18,748 bases of DNA, taken from contig MHDU01000011.1 in assembly GCA_001803635.1 (NCBI GenBank), forward strand, positions 1 to 18,748, in the 5' to 3' direction. Below, one piece after another: positions 16,561 to 18,748 of this stretch (the first letter of the stretch is position 1; every line of letters starts with the position of its first letter). This DNA comes from Nitrospirae bacterium GWB2_47_37 (GTDB lineage: Bacteria > Nitrospirota > Thermodesulfovibrionia > Thermodesulfovibrionales > Dissulfurispiraceae). The position numbers were made by a program, and so were the translations under genes. Under the pieces are notes generated by a model. That model searched no databases. It saw nothing but the letters and a program-made list of their open reading frames with translations, and had not been told where the DNA came from.

Positions 16561-17113
16561 TCTCAAGCAGTTCGTATATTGTCCAAGAGTCGTGTTCTAC
16601 AATTATGTGATGCCTGTCGAGAAAGTTCCAACCTTCAAGATGGAGCATGGGAAGATAGCAGAGGATAAAATAGACAGGCTTGAGCACAGAAGAAAACTTA
16701 AAAAGTACGGCTTGTCCGGCGGGGAAAGGGAATTCCACTTGAATTTATATTCTCCGAAATATGAGTTATCAGGCAAGATTGATCTGCTTATCAATACTGT
16801 CGGTTCTTATTATCCGGTTGACTTTAAATATACCACCTCGCAGCCGCATAAAAATCATATCTATCAACTTTTGGGGTATGCCCTAATACTTGAAGACATA
16901 TATAAATGCAAAGTCAATAGGGGATTTGTATATATAATTCCCAAAGAGGATGCAATTTCTTTTGACTTAACGGATGATTTGAAGGGCAAAGCAGAAATTT
17001 TGCTTGATGAGATCAGAGATATGATAGCATTGCAGCAAATGCCTGCCCCTGCAAACTCCAGAAATAAATGTGACGACTGCGAATATAGGAATTTCTGCGG
17101 AGATATTTTTTGA
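16538..17113 (+). CDS. cas4: CRISPR-associated exonuclease Cas4 (RecB-like nuclease with a 4-Cys cluster)
   Basis: N-terminal Cys (FVYCPRVVFY), the nuclease motifs GKIDLL and YPVDFKYT, the QxxxY-like IYQLLGYALIL, and a C-terminal CDDCEYRNFC. It overlaps cas2 by 23 nt. Confidence 0.85.
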   Translation: MIQLRVGDLKQFVYCPRVVFYNYVMPVEKVPTFKMEHGKIAEDKIDRLEHRRKLKKYGLSGGEREFHLNLYSPKYELSGKIDLLINTVGSYYPVDFKYTTSQPHKNHIYQLLGYALILEDIYKCKVNRGFVYIIPKEDAISFDLTDDLKGKAEILLDEIRDMIALQQMPAPANSRNKCDDCEYRNFCGDIF

Positions 17114-17116
17114 CAA

Positions 17117-17980
17117 TTATAAACCGCCGAGGGTTTTATACAGCCCTATCACGAATTCCGTCATCCTCTCGTAATCGAGCGTTTCGAATGTATCTCCCGG
17201 CGCATGGTAATGAGGATTCCTGTAAAATGCCGTGTCCGTGATCATGAACGCCGAATAGCCGAACTCCCAGAAGCCCCAGTGGTCCGAGAAATTAACGCCG
17301 GGGATCAGCGAAATCCCGTTGAACGATTCAGCGGGCAGTGAAGATGACTCTTGAAAATATCTCTTCACTTTTTTCGTAAAAGACATGGAGCGGATATTTC
17401 CGACAAACGTAATAAAATTGCCCTTGTCAGGATAAAACCATTTGAATATCGGAAAAGGATAATACTGAGAGTTTTTTCTGTCGGAGTAATATCCGAGCAT
17501 TTCGAGGGAGATCATGCCGCAGACTTTTATGCCTTCCTGTTTAAGGCTTTTAGCATAAACGTAGCTTCCCATATGTTTTGTCATAAAAGTGGGAGGCTCT
17601 TCAAGACTGAAGGCAACAAAGCGGACCGTCCTTTGGAAAGATTTTGTTACGGCAAGCCGCGCCAGTTCGAGCAGTCCCGCAATGCCGCTTGCATTATCGT
17701 CCGCGCCCGGAGTGCCCGTTACGGTGTCGTAATGCGCGCCTATTACGAGAATCCCGTCTTGCGGGTTTCCGGCGCCTTTTATTTCGCAGGATACGTTGTA
17801 ATATGTATTGCCGAGATACCCAAACGGCTGCTTTCTAACCTCACAGCCGTAAGAGCGAAATTTTTTTTCTATGTAATCGGCGGCCTTGTTGAGCTTATCT
17901 GTATCGCGATAACTCCTCTCGCCTATATCGTGGGCGAGGCGCTTGACGGTTTCGATAAGATTAGCTTTTATATTTTCCAT
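17117..17980 (-). CDS. M28-family zinc aminopeptidase
   Basis: The metal-ligand pattern typical of M28 is GAHYDTV, GADDNASGIAGLLELAR, FVAFSLEEP and a late HYHAPGD. Its stop codon lies 3 nt from the cas4 stop (convergent). Confidence 0.75.
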   Translation of the reverse strand: MENIKANLIETVKRLAHDIGERSYRDTDKLNKAADYIEKKFRSYGCEVRKQPFGYLGNTYYNVSCEIKGAGNPQDGILVIGAHYDTVTGTPGADDNASGIAGLLELARLAVTKSFQRTVRFVAFSLEEPPTFMTKHMGSYVYAKSLKQEGIKVCGMISLEMLGYYSDRKNSQYYPFPIFKWFYPDKGNFITFVGNIRSMSFTKKVKRYFQESSSLPAESFNGISLIPGVNFSDHWGFWEFGYSAFMITDTAFYRNPHYHAPGDTFETLDYERMTEFVIGLYKTLGGL

Positions 17981-17995
17981 TTTGCCGATTAATGT

Positions 17996-18418
17996 TCATA
18001 GCTTTATAAATTCTTTCGGCGCTAAATTCGTCCTCATTGTCCATACCGATGCAGTGCCGTTTTTCAAGCGATACACAACCAGCGGGTCATAGCCGTATTG
18101 CTCCACAAAGGGTTTCAGAAATTCGCGCTTTTGCACTATCTCCTTCTTTAGTTCAATATCTTCCGTAAGTTCAACGACCCCGCTGACTCTTATTTGTATA
18201 AGGTTCTCAAAGCTGCCGTTGTTAAAGCTCAGCTCGACCAGCGGGTTTTCGGTCAATTGTTTATGCAAGTCTTTCACCTTTCCCGTGTGAAACAAAATAC
18301 CGTTCTCATCAGCCCTATACATCAGCATACCGCGAACGCGGGGCTTATCACCTTCAATCGTTGCCATGTGAAATACCGGGTTTGCATTAAGAAACTCCAA
18401 AATTTCAGTCTTGTTCAT
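17996..18418 (-). CDS. Pyridoxamine 5'-phosphate oxidase-like FMN-binding protein (general stress protein 26-like)
   Basis: 140 aa. ILEFLNANPVFHMATIEGDKPRVRGMLMYRADENGILFHTGKVKDLHKQL has the split-barrel PNPOx-like pattern. RBS GGAGGAAG lies upstream on the minus strand. Confidence 0.65.
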   Translation of the reverse strand: MNKTEILEFLNANPVFHMATIEGDKPRVRGMLMYRADENGILFHTGKVKDLHKQLTENPLVELSFNNGSFENLIQIRVSGVVELTEDIELKKEIVQKREFLKPFVEQYGYDPLVVYRLKNGTASVWTMRTNLAPKEFIKL

Positions 18419-18499
18419 ATAAGCTTCCTCCTAACGATAAATGTTTTCAAGCCTGCGGATAATATCGAGTTTTTCTTTCTCTGTTGTTCTCACTCAGGG

Positions 18500-18748
18500 T
18501 TACTCCATTTGCGGCCCTTTGCCTATCTTCATTTTGCCCCTGAAATATCTTTGTTTGACTTCCGCGGTCTTTTCCTTCCATTTGTCCACGCCGTGCTGTT
18601 TAATGTAGCACAAAGCAAATAGTTTAATGTTGTGCGGCAGGTCGCCGGCCTTGTCCGTTGCGGGATTTAATTTGGCGCAGGGGAATTCCGCGCACTCGAA
18701 GCAGAAGTCATGTCCGCGTTTGCTGATGCAGGCATAGGTCTCGCATGT
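18500..18748 (-). CDS. DUF3795-like cysteine-rich protein, C-terminal 82 aa; N-terminus lies outside the window
   Basis: The minus-strand frame is open to the window edge: TCETYACISKRGHDFCFECAEFPCAKLNPATDKAGDLPHNIKLFALCYIKQHGVDKWKEKTAEVKQRYFRGKMKIGKGPQME, with the stop at 18502-18500. The Cys spacing and the LPHN..L..C motif resemble DUF3795. This ORF is not in the ORF track. Confidence 0.5.
   Translation of the reverse strand, partial: TCETYACISKRGHDFCFECAEFPCAKLNPATDKAGDLPHNIKLFALCYIKQHGVDKWKEKTAEVKQRYFRGKMKIGKGPQME

Noticed and set aside
18431-18493. 20-codon minus-strand mini-ORF (GTG start, VRTTEKEKLDIIRRLENIYR) between the DUF3795 and PNPOx genes
   Set aside because: It is too short to support from sequence alone. 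It could be a real micro-protein or simply a spacer, and no evidence favours either.

Overview
The window is a bacterial chromosomal segment with two accessory regions set in housekeeping genes. From the left: the 3' part of a type I secretion ABC exporter, an HlyD membrane-fusion gene and a solo LuxR-type HTH gene. Next comes a visibly AT-richer four-gene cassette at 3752-6875, encoding a small multi-TM protein, a bacterial gasdermin-like protein, an LpxH-like metallophosphoesterase and a permuted-papain (YiiX/C92-like) cysteine peptidase. A tightly packed, partly overlapping housekeeping string follows: rpmE, a DUF1385 gene, prfA, rsfS, rlmH, a LapB/YciM-like TPR-zinc protein and a HARP-type PIN protein (protein-only RNase P family). 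Only 33 nt after that string begins a compact type II CRISPR-Cas locus. It has a 736-aa Cas9 (RuvC-I/II/III, HNH, Arg-rich bridge helix, a CxxC...CxxH zinc finger and almost no REC lobe, so type II-D/Cas9d-like). It also has an RNA-dense 780-nt intergenic region and then cas1-cas2-cas4. The intergenic region holds a two-repeat, one-spacer mini-array (36-nt repeats), an inverted anti-repeat next to the cas9 stop (tracrRNA candidate) and a 349-nt GC-rich, heavily self-complementary segment. That segment is bounded on its far side by a degenerate third repeat copy lying on the cas1 promoter. The right end carries, on the minus strand, an M28 peptidase, a PNPOx-like flavoprotein and a partial DUF3795 Cys-rich gene. 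The best candidates for something new are the guide-RNA architecture of the compact Cas9 locus (transcription strand unresolved, two competing tracrRNA models) and a gasdermin cassette that lacks the usual caspase/trypsin/subtilase-type partner. All family assignments come from motif reading and recalled family features; no searches or computations were run.
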